A program made the translations under genes and the position numbers. This document shows, piece after piece, positions 1 to 8,402 of a stretch of DNA of 64,000 bases (within the stretch, counting starts at the first letter, position 1; each line of letters starts with the position of its first letter). Source of the DNA: Clostridia bacterium (GTDB lineage Bacteria; Bacillota; Clostridia; Oscillospirales; CAG-272); contig JAFOEU010000055.1 in NCBI GenBank assembly GCA_017387685.1, forward strand, positions 89,989 through 153,988, read 5' to 3'. The notes beneath the pieces were generated by a model. The model made no database searches, was not told where the DNA came from, and saw only the letters and a list, made by a program, of their open reading frames with translations.

Positions 1-1051
1 CACCCAGCTCTTCGGTGAGAGAATGTACATCTCCAATGCAACCGGATGCTCCTCTATCTGGGGCGGCTCCGCACCTGCAACTCCTTACACCGTTAACCGT
101 GAGAGCGGCCGCGGTCCCGCTTGGGGTAACTCCCTCTTCGAGGACAACGCAGAGCACGGTCTCGGTATCTCGATCGGTCAGAAGACCATCCGTGAGAAGC
201 TCATCAACAAGGTACGCGCTCTCGAGACTCCTTGCGAGCACTGCAAGTCCGTAATCGACACCTACCTCAATACTCTTGATGACGGTGAGGCTAACGCTCC
301 CGCAACCGCTGCACTCGTTGAGCTCCTTGAGGGCTGGGCAGCAGAGGGCTGTGAGGCATCCAAGGAAATCCTCGCAGAGAAGGAATACCTCGCTAAGAAG
401 TCCGTTTGGATCTTCGGCGGCGACGGATGGGCATACGATATCGGCTTCGGCGGTCTCGACCACGTTCTCGCATCGGGCGAGGATGTAAACGTAATGGTAT
501 TCGATACCGAGGTTTACTCCAACACCGGCGGACAGGCATCCAAGGCTTCCCAGATCGGTCAGGTAGCACAGTTCGCAGCTGCAGGTAAGGCAATCGGCAA
601 GAAGAATCTTGCAGAGATCGCAATGTCCTACGGTTACGTTTACGTAGCACAGGTTGCTATGGGTGCTGATATGAACCAGCTCCTCAAGGCACTCTCCGAG
701 GCTGAGGCATACCACGGTCCTTCTCTCGTTATCGGTTACGCTCCTTGTGAGATGCACGGTATCAAGGGCGGCATGTTCAACTGCCAGCTCGAGATGAAGA
801 GAGCGGTTGACGCAGGCTACTGGCAGATGTTCCGCTACAATCCTGCACTCAAGGCAGAGGGCAAGAATCCTCTCACCATCGACTCTAAGGAACCCACCGG
901 CGACTACCGCGAGTTCATCACCTCCGAGACTCGTTACAGCCGTCTTGCACAGCAGTTCCCCGAGAGAGCAGAGGCACTCTTCGCTAAGGCTGAAAACGCA
1001 GCTAAGGAAAAGTACGCAAGACTTGTTAAGTACGGCAAGCTCTTTGAGTAA
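1..1051 (+). CDS. nifJ: pyruvate:ferredoxin/flavodoxin oxidoreductase, C-terminal part (5' end lies outside the window)
   Basis: ORF 23..1051 stays open to the window edge. GGDGWAYDIGFGGLDHVLASGEDVNVMVFDTEVYSNTGGQASKA is the PFOR TPP-binding signature. A strong hairpin terminator follows. Confidence 0.9.
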   Translation, partial: TQLFGERMYISNATGCSSIWGGSAPATPYTVNRESGRGPAWGNSLFEDNAEHGLGISIGQKTIREKLINKVRALETPCEHCKSVIDTYLNTLDDGEANAPATAALVELLEGWAAEGCEASKEILAEKEYLAKKSVWIFGGDGWAYDIGFGGLDHVLASGEDVNVMVFDTEVYSNTGGQASKASQIGQVAQFAAAGKAIGKKNLAEIAMSYGYVYVAQVAMGADMNQLLKALSEAEAYHGPSLVIGYAPCEMHGIKGGMFNCQLEMKRAVDAGYWQMFRYNPALKAEGKNPLTIDSKEPTGDYREFITSETRYSRLAQQFPERAEALFAKAENAAKEKYARLVKYGKLFE

Positions 1052-1056
1052 GAGAT

Positions 1057-1098
1057 AAAACAACAAAACTCACCGCTTTGGCGGTGAGTTTTGTTGTT
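1057..1098 (+). terminator. intrinsic terminator of the PFOR gene
   Basis: An 18-bp stem AAAACAACAAAACTCACCGC / GCGGTGAGTTTTGTTGTT with loop TTTG, 6 nt after the stop codon. Confidence 0.8.
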
Positions 1099-1314
1099 AG
1101 TTGCTAGTTGCTAGTTACTAGTTGCTGGTTGAAGGTGAATTTCCGAGCCGACGGCTCGGAAATTTTTGATTTTATCAAAAACAGCGGAAAAGTTTTTGAG
1201 GTTTCTTAAGGAACTTTTTTCAAAAAGTTCCTTAAGTCGAGCTCCGCAGAGCTCGAAACTCCCTTTTGCGCTTCGAAGCGACGGCGCCCCGCCGGCGTTT
1301 CGGAAGGAGTAAAA
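1094..1314 (+). repeat. composite modular repeat: 6x TTGCTAG-type heptamers, AAGGTGAATTT junction hairpin, palindrome CTTAAGGAACTTTTTTCAAAAAGTTCCTTAAG, CCGCAG-loop hairpin and a conserved tail
   Basis: Heptamers lie at 1094-1135 and the junction hairpin at 1131-1167. The downstream modules recur in reverse orientation at 19198-19289, 25515-25656, 29104-29225 and 49300-49392. Confidence 0.85.
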
Positions 1315-1337
1315 CCACCGCTTTGGCGGTGGTTTTT
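1311..1337 (-). terminator. intrinsic terminator (usable on both strands) downstream of the AAA ATPase gene
   Basis: AAAACCACCGCTTTGGCGGTGGTTTTT. It has the same CACCGCTTTGGCGGTG core as the hairpin at 1071-1086. Confidence 0.7.
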
Positions 1338-1360
1338 GGTTCAGAAGTAAAAATATTCGA

Positions 1361-2575
1361 TTATATAGCGGAATCAAGCAAAAAATCTCGTATATTCATA
1401 TGAATTATTCCGTCTCGGCTGAAATCGAATTCATCCATTGAGAGCACGTATTTGGGATAATTGTCGGCAACACCGACGTATGCTCCAAATTCACGCTCCG
1501 CCGTTTTATCCGATGCCAGCATATAGCAGACTTGAATATATATGCGTTTCCCGTTTTTGTCGCAAACAAGATCAATTTCCTTGTCGCCGTTTTTGCCGAT
1601 GCTTATCTTGTAGCCTCGTCGGAGCATTTCGAGGCAAACGATGTTTTCGAGGATCAATTCTATATCGCGCGTGTTGTTACCGTATAACGCCTGACGAAGA
1701 CCGTGATCGGAAAGATAATATTTTTCGTTGATCTTAAGAATTTCCTTGCCTTGCAGATCCATTCGGTTGATCTTATAAAATAGGAATGCTTTTTCGCATG
1801 CGGCTAGGTAATTTATTATCGTATCCACCGAAGCAGGACGCTTTTCGCTTTTTAAATATGAGGCGATGCTGCTTGCCGAAAAGGTTCGTCCGATATTTGC
1901 GATCGCGTAAGCCATAATGCGCTCGAGCAGGTCGATATCGCGCAAATTGTTTCTTTTAACAATATCCTTTATGACAACAGAAGCATAAATATCCTTCAGA
2001 TACTGCATTTTTGCATTTTCATCGAAAGGTGCGGTCGCGAGGAAGGGAAGACCGCCGTATTTGACATATTGAGTGAAATATTCGCCGATGCCGAGCTTTT
2101 CTCCCGCGGCATTTCTCGCTTCACAATACTCGGAAAAGGAGAAAGGATATATAGAAAATTCAACGTAACGCCCCGAAAGAAGAGTCGCATATTCTCCGGA
2201 CAGCATTTTTGCATTAGAACCTGTGATATAAATGTCAACGTCGGAGTTTACGCGCAGGGAATTGACACATTTTTCCCAATCGGATACCTCTTGGATCTCA
2301 TCGAGAAACAAATAAACGCGTCCTTTTATATCATCTATCCGCTTTTTTAGATGATCGTGTAAAGCCTCAGCGTTCGTCAGACTCGAGTAAGTCATATCCT
2401 CAAAATTAATGGATATGAACTGCTCGGGTTCTATGCCAGAAGCCATCAATTCTTTCTTAATAAGCTCAAGCATTATTGATTTTCCGCTTCTGCGGACTCC
2501 GACAATAACCTTGATAAGCTCGGTTTGGTTGATAAAAGGCCTTATTTGTGAAATATAGCTGTCTCTGTTAATCAT
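1361..2575 (-). CDS. AAA+ ATPase, DUF4143-type
   Basis: Walker A is GVRRSGKS and Walker B is VYLFLDEIQ. ORF 1361..2638 is trimmed to the ATG at 2575, which is preceded by a GGGGTGA RBS. Confidence 0.75.
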   Translation of the reverse strand: MINRDSYISQIRPFINQTELIKVIVGVRRSGKSIMLELIKKELMASGIEPEQFISINFEDMTYSSLTNAEALHDHLKKRIDDIKGRVYLFLDEIQEVSDWEKCVNSLRVNSDVDIYITGSNAKMLSGEYATLLSGRYVEFSIYPFSFSEYCEARNAAGEKLGIGEYFTQYVKYGGLPFLATAPFDENAKMQYLKDIYASVVIKDIVKRNNLRDIDLLERIMAYAIANIGRTFSASSIASYLKSEKRPASVDTIINYLAACEKAFLFYKINRMDLQGKEILKINEKYYLSDHGLRQALYGNNTRDIELILENIVCLEMLRRGYKISIGKNGDKEIDLVCDKNGKRIYIQVCYMLASDKTAEREFGAYVGVADNYPKYVLSMDEFDFSRDGIIHMNIRDFLLDSAI

Positions 2576-2937
2576 TGATATCACCCCGCTTTGATTCAGA
2601 TCAATAAATATTATATCAAAAATATAATAGAAAGTCAAGTCCGATTTTGATAAATTATCGACTATAATCGAAATTATAGCGCATAATGCGAAAAGTTTCG
2701 ATTATAATCGAAATTAATAGTTTGCGTGTTAAGGCTTGTTTTGAGTAAAAAGCCTCATTAATATTTGATTCGTATCGCAATTAATGTCTTCCAAATGGCA
2801 ATTACACGTGCAAAAAAATGAAGCCGTGTTTGCTCGGCGCATTCATAAATTCGGGCAAAAATGAGTCAAAACGGCGAAAATGGGCAAAAATATGCAATAA
2901 AATGTTCGAATGAGTTGCAAAAAATTGCAAAAAGGTA

Positions 2938-2966
2938 TTGACAAATGAAGATAATTGTAGTATAAT
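2938..2966 (+). promoter_or_regulatory. sigma-A type promoter of serC-serA
   Basis: TTGACA (2938-2943), a 17-nt spacer, then TATAAT (2961-2966). Phased A-tracts lie upstream. Confidence 0.7.
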
Positions 2967-3007
2967 TTCAGCAATAACATTTTACCGCGTTAAAAAGGAG
3001 AAATATT

Positions 3008-4093
3008 ATGAGCAGAGTATATAACTTTTCCGCAGGTCCTTCCATGCTTCCCATTCCCGTTCTTGAGCGCGCGGCGGCAGAAATGCTTGAGTACGGCACA
3101 AGCGGTATGTCCGTTGCCGAGATGTCGCATAGATCAAAGGATTTCGAGCCCATCATCGCAAAGGCAGAGGCTGATCTGCGCAAGCTTATGAACATTCCCG
3201 ATGACTACGCCGTCCTCTTCCTTCAGGGTGGAGCTTCGACTCAGTTCGCCGCAGTACCCCTCAACCTTCTCCCCGTTGGCGGAACTGCTGACTATATCGT
3301 TTCGGGTCAGTTCTCGGGCAAGGCTTACGAGGAAGCTAAGAAGTACGGCGACGTTCGCCTTGTTGCCACATCCAAGCCCGACGGATTCTCCTATATCCCC
3401 GAGGTAAAGCGCGAGGATATCAATCCCGATGCCGCTTACGTTCACATTTGCTATAACAACACCATTTTCGGTACTAAATATAACTACATCCCCGATACCG
3501 GCGACGTTCCGCTCGTTGCCGATATGTCCTCCTGCATCATCTCCGAGCCCGTTGACGTAACTAAATTTGCCGTTATCTACGCGGGCGCGCAGAAGAATAT
3601 GGCTCCCGCGGGTATGACTCTCGTCATCGTCCGCAAGGATCTGCTTGGTAAGGCTCGTCCCGAGTGCCCCTCGATGCTCGATTGGAATATAATGGCTGAG
3701 AACGGCTCGATGTATAACACTCCCCCCTGCTACACCATCTATATGGCGGGACTCGTCTACGAGTGGATCGAATCGCTCGGCGGTCTTGAGGTTATGAAGG
3801 AGATGAACGCGAAAAAGGCGGCTCTGCTTTACGATTACCTCGATTCGCAGGACTATTACATCGCTCCCGTAAGAAAGGATTGCCGTTCGATGATGAACGT
3901 AACCTTCGTCACAGGAAACGCAGACCTCGACAAGAAATTTGCCTCCGAAGCTGAAAAGGCGGGACTCAAGAACATCAAGGGCCACCGCGTAGTCGGCGGT
4001 ATGCGCGCCTCGATCTACAACGCAATGCCCTACGAGGGCGTCGAAGCGCTCGTCGCGTTTATGAAGGACTTTGCAAAGAACAACCCCAAGTAA
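3008..4093 (+). CDS. serC: phosphoserine aminotransferase
   Basis: The N-terminus MSRVYNFSAGPSMLPIPVLERAAAEM and the 361-aa length are typical of SerC. The RBS is AAGGAG. Confidence 0.92.
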   Translation: MSRVYNFSAGPSMLPIPVLERAAAEMLEYGTSGMSVAEMSHRSKDFEPIIAKAEADLRKLMNIPDDYAVLFLQGGASTQFAAVPLNLLPVGGTADYIVSGQFSGKAYEEAKKYGDVRLVATSKPDGFSYIPEVKREDINPDAAYVHICYNNTIFGTKYNYIPDTGDVPLVADMSSCIISEPVDVTKFAVIYAGAQKNMAPAGMTLVIVRKDLLGKARPECPSMLDWNIMAENGSMYNTPPCYTIYMAGLVYEWIESLGGLEVMKEMNAKKAALLYDYLDSQDYYIAPVRKDCRSMMNVTFVTGNADLDKKFASEAEKAGLKNIKGHRVVGGMRASIYNAMPYEGVEALVAFMKDFAKNNPK

Positions 4094-4105
4094 GAGGAAA
4101 GAGCT

Positions 4106-5272
4106 ATGAAGAATATCAAGTTAATGAATAAAATCGCCGCTTGCGGTACCGATATTTTTGACCGCGCGGTATATAACGTCGCTGACGACTGTGCGGCGCC
4201 CGAGGCGATAATGGTTCGCTCCGCCGCGCTTCACGATATGGAATTCAACCCCGAGCTTCTCGCGATCGCGCGTTGCGGTGCGGGTGTCAACAATATTCCG
4301 ATCGACCGCTGCACCGAGGCGGGAGTTGTAGTTTTCAACACCCCCGGCGCGAATGCGAACGGCGTTAAGGAGCTCGTTATCTGCGCGCTGATGCTTGCAT
4401 CGCGTGACGTTATCGGCGGCGCAAATTGGTCCGAAACGCTTACAACCGACGTTGCAAAGACGGTAGAGAAGGGCAAATCCGCTTTCGCAGGCTGTGAGCT
4501 TCGCGGTAAGACTCTCGGAGTTATCGGTCTCGGCGCGATCGGAGCAATGGTCGCAAACGCCGCGATCGACCTTGGTATGAAGGTTATCGGCTACGACCCC
4601 TACCTGACCGTTGACGGAGCGTGGAGAATTTCCCGTGCGGTAGGCCACGCGGTCACAACCGACGAAATTTTTGAAAAGAGCGATTATATCACCCTCCACG
4701 TTCCCGCTGTTGAGGCAACGAAGGGTATGATCCGCAAGGAAAATATTGATAAGATGAAGGATGGCGTCAAGATCATCAACCTTGCGCGCGCGGATCTCGC
4801 GATCGCGGCTGATATCAAGGACGCAATCGCGGCGGGCAAGATCTCGGCGTACGTCACCGACTTCCCGACCGAGGAAACCCTCGGTGTCAAGGGCATCGTT
4901 AATATCCCCCACCTTGGTGCATCCACGGGTGAGAGCGAGGATAACTGCGCGATCATGGCGGCAAATCAGCTCGTTGAGTTCCTTTCCACGGGTAATATCA
5001 AGAATTCCGTCAACTTCCCCGCGATCGATCTTCCTCCCCACGACGGCAGAAACGTCCTTGTCCTCCACGCAAACGTACCCGCGACCATCGCAAAGATCAC
5101 GACCGCCGTTGCGGAAAAGGGCGTCAACATCGAGCACCTTTCCAATAAATCCCGCGGCAACAACGCTTGCACACTCCTTGCCCTCGCCGTCGGCACCACC
5201 GACGCAGAGATCGCCGAAATGAAGAAGGCTATCGAAGCAAACGCAGGCATCTGGAGAGTAGTCGTTATTTAA
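4106..5272 (+). CDS. serA: D-3-phosphoglycerate dehydrogenase with a C-terminal ACT-like domain
   Basis: 2-hydroxyacid dehydrogenase NAD site GVIGLGAIGAMVA. The protein is 388 aa and the gene lies directly downstream of serC. Confidence 0.88.
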   Translation: MKNIKLMNKIAACGTDIFDRAVYNVADDCAAPEAIMVRSAALHDMEFNPELLAIARCGAGVNNIPIDRCTEAGVVVFNTPGANANGVKELVICALMLASRDVIGGANWSETLTTDVAKTVEKGKSAFAGCELRGKTLGVIGLGAIGAMVANAAIDLGMKVIGYDPYLTVDGAWRISRAVGHAVTTDEIFEKSDYITLHVPAVEATKGMIRKENIDKMKDGVKIINLARADLAIAADIKDAIAAGKISAYVTDFPTEETLGVKGIVNIPHLGASTGESEDNCAIMAANQLVEFLSTGNIKNSVNFPAIDLPPHDGRNVLVLHANVPATIAKITTAVAEKGVNIEHLSNKSRGNNACTLLALAVGTTDAEIAEMKKAIEANAGIWRVVVI

Positions 5273-5575
5273 GTGCAGAGTTAAGAGTGCAGAGTGCAGA
5301 GTTGAGGTGGATTTTCAAGCTCCGCTTGAAAATCATTGGTGCTTTAATTTTGTGCGGTGCTGATGCAATTTACTGCTGTGCTGAAATACAGAGAATAAAA
5401 TAAAAATCTCGGATATTTCGAAGCTTCGCTTCGGATATCCGAGATTTTTTAATTTGTTATGACTTTGGCTATGTGAAATTTAATCAGCACATCACAAAAT
5501 TATTAATATGGAATTTTCGCCACGGCGAAAATTTCCCTTCAACTCTGCACTCTGCACTCTTAACTCTGCACTTGA
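5273..5575. repeat. complete foldback element filling the serA / lipoprotein convergent spacer
   Basis: 5273-5305 is the exact reverse complement of 5539-5571 (33 bp of GTGCAGA-type heptamers). Junction hairpins lie at 5310-5335 and 5511-5535. A nested inverted repeat surrounds the central terminator. Confidence 0.9.
5402..5450. terminator. bidirectional intrinsic terminator
   Basis: AAAAATCTCGGATATTTCGAAGC-TTCG-CTTCGGATATCCGAGATTTTTT, with an A-run and a T-run flanking a long stem. Confidence 0.85.
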
Positions 5576-7153
5576 TCATTCCTCTTCCTCTTCGTCAACG
5601 TCGATAAAAATGACCTTTACCTGCGCGCTGCCGCGCTTGGTGACCTTGAGGGAGCGGTTGCGCGATACGGTGTAGGTCTTTCCGTCCGCCGTTACGCGCG
5701 CGGAGAAGCTGAAGCCGACCGAGGCAACGTGTCCGTTTGAATCGAAGTTTATATAGGCTTTGGCATCGTCGCAGGAGGTAACGCTGATCACGTCGGCATA
5801 AATTCCCGCGGCAAGCAGAGCTTCGCGTGCGAGCATTATTTTACCTTCTTGATTGATCGAAAAGGAAAGTCGTTCCGCCGTGTATTCCTCTATGCGGGCG
5901 AAAGCCCAAAAGGGAAGCATTGAACGGTCAAAGGGCGCGGTCAGAGTAGACTCGAGATTTTTTGCATTAAAGGTTGTGTCGACGAATATGCTTCCGCTAT
6001 TTATCTGCGAGAAGGCACGGCGGCGGTTGAAATGCGTTAAAACACGCGTTTTGCCCGAGCCGGTGTCAAACACTCTCTCAAATGTCGCTCCGATCTTTTT
6101 GGCGTATGCGTAATCGATTTTTTCACTCAAATGGCGTTCAGCCGTGCCGCCGATACGGATATCGTCGTTCTCCTGCAGCTCGAAAGCCTGATATCGCCCG
6201 AAAAACGAGTCGACGTCAGCAAGCGCGGCTTCATAAATCGTGAGCGCGGCGGAGTCGGGGATCAGAACGTATGAGGTCATCGCGGGGAGCGTGAGAGAGT
6301 TCTTTTCGTTAATGCCGCTCTGCTCGGTGCGCGAGGTAAGACGAAAAGACAAAACGTGATTGCCACCCCGCTCCACATCCGCCTCGAGAGATAACACCTT
6401 CTCCCTCATATGCGCCGCGGTGTCGGTGACGTAGAGAAATTCGGCTTTGGTGATCCTGAGCTCATATTTCTCGGTCAAGCCGAGCATTTTAGCGATCTCG
6501 CCAATACCCTCGGTGGTGATCTTATCAAATTTCAAGGTTATATTCTCGCTGTCGACTTCAACAGTCCCGTCCTCGAAGGCGGTCATGGGAAAATAATTTC
6601 CCGCCAGCTTGGAGAAGGACGAGATATCGTATCCTCCGAAGCGGTAGTTGCCGAATTTTCCGCCGTAACAGAGAAATCCGTCGATCAAGAAATATTCCTC
6701 ACTCTCGCCGTCCGATGTGCGCCTGAATGAGGCGTTTCCATCGCTTGTGAGAAGCTCGGAGAAGATTTCGTGGCGTGAGTTTACCCCGCCCTGAACGATC
6801 TCGGTCACGGTTTGTGTTTTTCGTGTACACGACGTGTATACCTCAGAGAATCTTTCCGATACCTCAAAGATCGTCTGTGCGGGAAGAGTTGCCATTACGT
6901 CCACAAGGGAGGTTTCCTCGGGCTCGGTATACTCTGGCTCGGTATACTCGGGCTCGGTTTCTATCGGCTCTGTCTTTGGAGGCTCGGTCACTTCTGTTTC
7001 GGGGGAAGTGGTTTCGGGAGCGAGGGTGGTTTCGGGCTCGGGGAGCTCCGTGATAGATGCGCTGATGACCTCGCCCTCATAGGGCGGCGTCTCGACCGCA
7101 CATGCAGACAAAAGCAATGAGCACGCGAGGACGAGCGGGATCAGGCGCTTCAT
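5576..7153 (-). CDS. lipoprotein of unknown function with a Thr/Glu/Pro-rich linker
   Basis: Signal peptide and lipobox MKRLIPLVLACSLLLSAC. Contains a TEPEYTEPEYTEPE repeat. The start overlaps the upstream gene by 4 nt. Confidence 0.7.
   Translation of the reverse strand: MKRLIPLVLACSLLLSACAVETPPYEGEVISASITELPEPETTLAPETTSPETEVTEPPKTEPIETEPEYTEPEYTEPEETSLVDVMATLPAQTIFEVSERFSEVYTSCTRKTQTVTEIVQGGVNSRHEIFSELLTSDGNASFRRTSDGESEEYFLIDGFLCYGGKFGNYRFGGYDISSFSKLAGNYFPMTAFEDGTVEVDSENITLKFDKITTEGIGEIAKMLGLTEKYELRITKAEFLYVTDTAAHMREKVLSLEADVERGGNHVLSFRLTSRTEQSGINEKNSLTLPAMTSYVLIPDSAALTIYEAALADVDSFFGRYQAFELQENDDIRIGGTAERHLSEKIDYAYAKKIGATFERVFDTGSGKTRVLTHFNRRRAFSQINSGSIFVDTTFNAKNLESTLTAPFDRSMLPFWAFARIEEYTAERLSFSINQEGKIMLAREALLAAGIYADVISVTSCDDAKAYINFDSNGHVASVGFSFSARVTADGKTYTVSRNRSLKVTKRGSAQVKVIFIDVDEEEEE
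6919..6960 (-). repeat. in-frame 15-bp tandem repeat encoding EPEYT units
   Basis: GGCTCGGTATACTCT GGCTCGGTATACTCG GGCTCGGTTTC on the + strand. Confidence 0.7.
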
Positions 7154-7641
7154 TCCGCGTCTCCACAGCCCGCTGAGCGGAGGATATTGATCATTTCAGA
7201 GTCGGGCGAGAAGCGGATATAAGCGTGCGTCTCGCGCTCGGATACCTCGAATATCCAATGATCCTTGATAAAAATGCTCGGGCGGTGATCGAAAACGGGC
7301 GCGCCGTCGGGATTGAAGCCGTCGGACTTGATAAGTCTTGCGCCATCGAGCGAAACGCGAGAGAGGATTCGGCTCGTTTTGCCCCGGTTCTCGCGAACAA
7401 CGAGATCGGGTGCTCTGCCGTCCTCATTCGATTCGATCGAGTAGGTGAAAGAGAGCATACAGCGCGACCAGACGAGTATCGAGCCGAGTATCAGCGCGAA
7501 GGCGGCAACGTGAAGTGCGCTCGCCGCGGCGGGGATGATCTCCGCGATTATCGCAAGGATAAGACCGACGCCCGCGAGCGAATAAATGAGAATATTGCTG
7601 ATCTTGTCGCCGCGCTCGGGTGTGTAGGAGTAAATTATCAT
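7150..7641 (-). CDS. small membrane protein, unknown function
   Basis: ORF 7150..7740 is trimmed to the ATG at 7641, 1 nt after the tmk stop. Two hydrophobic helices are present (NILIYSLAGVGLILAIIAEII and LHVAAFALILGSILVW). Confidence 0.55.
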   Translation of the reverse strand: MIIYSYTPERGDKISNILIYSLAGVGLILAIIAEIIPAAASALHVAAFALILGSILVWSRCMLSFTYSIESNEDGRAPDLVVRENRGKTSRILSRVSLDGARLIKSDGFNPDGAPVFDHRPSIFIKDHWIFEVSERETHAYIRFSPDSEMINILRSAGCGDAE

Positions 7642-7642
7642 A

Positions 7643-8281
7643 TTATTTACCGATCGAGAGGGCAGAGAAGACCTGTGCCTTGATATCCTCGGAGACCTCG
7701 TCGATTCCGCGCGAGGCATCGATAACGACAACCTGTTCACCCTGCGCCTTCAGAAATTCGATCGCTTCAAGATAATTGCGGCGAATGCGCGCCTGCTTGT
7801 CATCGCCGTCGTAGATTTCCTTATCCGCGCGGTTTGCGTCGCGGCGAGCCTTGGTGACCTCGGTTGGGACGTCAAGGAAGACGAAAAGGTCGGGCTTCAT
7901 CGCCTCGATGCAGGGCTTGTTCATCGCGTAAATATCCGCCATCGAGATGCGCGACGTGGTGTTGTACGCCATATTCGAAAGATAATAGCGGTCGCAGACG
8001 ATGCTCGTGCCCGCCTCGACGAGGGGACGCATAAATTCGATGTGCTCAAGACGGTCGGCAACGTGGAGATACGCCATACTTTCGGTCAGAAACTTGACGC
8101 CGCCGTAAAGTCCCGAGCGAATGATCGCGCCCGCGGCGTTGCGTTCGTTCGGCTCGCGCTCATAAAGACAAGGTCTGCCCGTTGCCTCGGCAACAGCGGC
8201 ACGAAGACGCTCGGTCTGCGTGGTCTTGCCGCAACCGTCACAGCCCTCAAAAACTATAAAATATCCGCGTGTGTTTGTCAT
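7643..8281 (-). CDS. tmk: dTMP (thymidylate) kinase
   Basis: P-loop FEGCDGCGKTTQ. The protein is 212 aa and the RBS is AAAGAGG. Confidence 0.92.
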   Translation of the reverse strand: MTNTRGYFIVFEGCDGCGKTTQTERLRAAVAEATGRPCLYEREPNERNAAGAIIRSGLYGGVKFLTESMAYLHVADRLEHIEFMRPLVEAGTSIVCDRYYLSNMAYNTTSRISMADIYAMNKPCIEAMKPDLFVFLDVPTEVTKARRDANRADKEIYDGDDKQARIRRNYLEAIEFLKAQGEQVVVIDASRGIDEVSEDIKAQVFSALSIGK

Positions 8282-8315
8282 GGGATATACCTCTTTACAT
8301 ATTAATACAGTTTAT

Positions 8316-8344
8316 ATTATACCATATTTGTTGGGGTATGTCAA
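8316..8344 (-). promoter_or_regulatory. sigma-A type promoter of the tmk operon
   Basis: On the minus strand: TTGACA, a 17-nt spacer, then TATAAT. Confidence 0.65.
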
Positions 8345-8402
8345 GCATAATCACGTTCCGCCCACGGAACACTTTTCGGGGGTTGCACCGCCTGCGGGCG
8401 GC

